A DNA stretch of 64,000 nucleotides from Squalus acanthias (Eukaryota): assembly GCA_030390025.1 (NCBI GenBank), contig CM059432.1, positions 13,890,001-13,954,000 on the forward strand. Direction: 5' to 3'. The number at the start of each line of letters is the position of its first letter. The first letter of the stretch is position 1. A program made the translations under genes and the position numbers. The notes below the pieces were generated by a model. That model worked only from the letters and a program-made list of their open reading frames with translations, was not told the DNA's origin and made no database searches. This document shows positions 63,647-64,000 of the stretch, piece after piece.

Positions 63647-63784
63647 TTATTCTGGAACTCCGAGACTGATGTGCGCTGGGATGTACTAATGAAGGATGCC
63701 AGTGAGCAGTGTGAGCCAGAATGGGTTGATGCTGAACATCCACTCTTCATCCTCTACACAAGTGGGTCTACTGGGAAACCCAAG
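63647..63784 (+). CDS. ACSS2: ACSS2-type exon 8 (138 nt) with the AMP-binding signature; gene continues beyond the window
   Basis: Acceptor ttttctcatag. Translates LFWNSETDVRWDVLMKDASEQCEPEWVDAEHPLFILYTSGSTGKPK. Followed by AAG|gcaagt, a GC donor. Confidence 0.95.
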
Positions 63785-64000
63785 GCAAGTCTTCCGTCTG
63801 CAAGCGATTTTCACCATTGTAGACGACAGGATGCCAATCAAAAATATCTCTCTCTCTCACATTGTCACTGTGCTGAAATCAAGACTGATTATACCGTCTC
63901 CTAGTCTAACCCATTCTTTCTCACAACCTCGCAACTGTAGATCTCTTTACCTCCCTCAGTCTTTTCTTCCTCCTACGAGCTTTTAATACCCAACCTTAAG

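Overview
Eukaryotic vertebrate DNA, very likely a shark or other cartilaginous fish (inferred from the Deu-domain SINEs, CR1-type LINEs and Penelope-like hairpins). One host gene is clear: the first 8 coding exons (903 nt, 301 codons) of an acetyl-CoA synthetase of the ACSS2 type on the + strand (17104-63784). It continues past the window, and exon 8 ends in a GC-type donor. A CpG-rich segment at about 5.5-5.85 kb probably holds the first exon of a divergent gene, and a bipartite CTCF-like motif lies between the two. The rest is densely nested transposable elements: CR1 LINEs (one near full length with an SGNH-esterase ORF1), a second LINE family, L2 and RTE fragments, Deu-SINEs, two hAT MITEs with 8-bp TSDs, a solo LTR, Harbinger-type MITEs, and a complete 4.2-kb two-gene PIF/Harbinger transposon with an intact transposase and a disabled Myb/SANT partner. 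The most interesting candidates are (1) a protein-coding LINE family with a tRNA-like A/B-box head and almost no TTTT on its sense strand, suggesting Pol III transcription, (2) Penelope-like fold-back insertions carrying minimal hammerhead ribozyme cores, and (3) a CR1 subfamily with a tandemly duplicated 3' tail. Repeat boundaries without TSDs are approximate, and family names come from recognition, not database searches.
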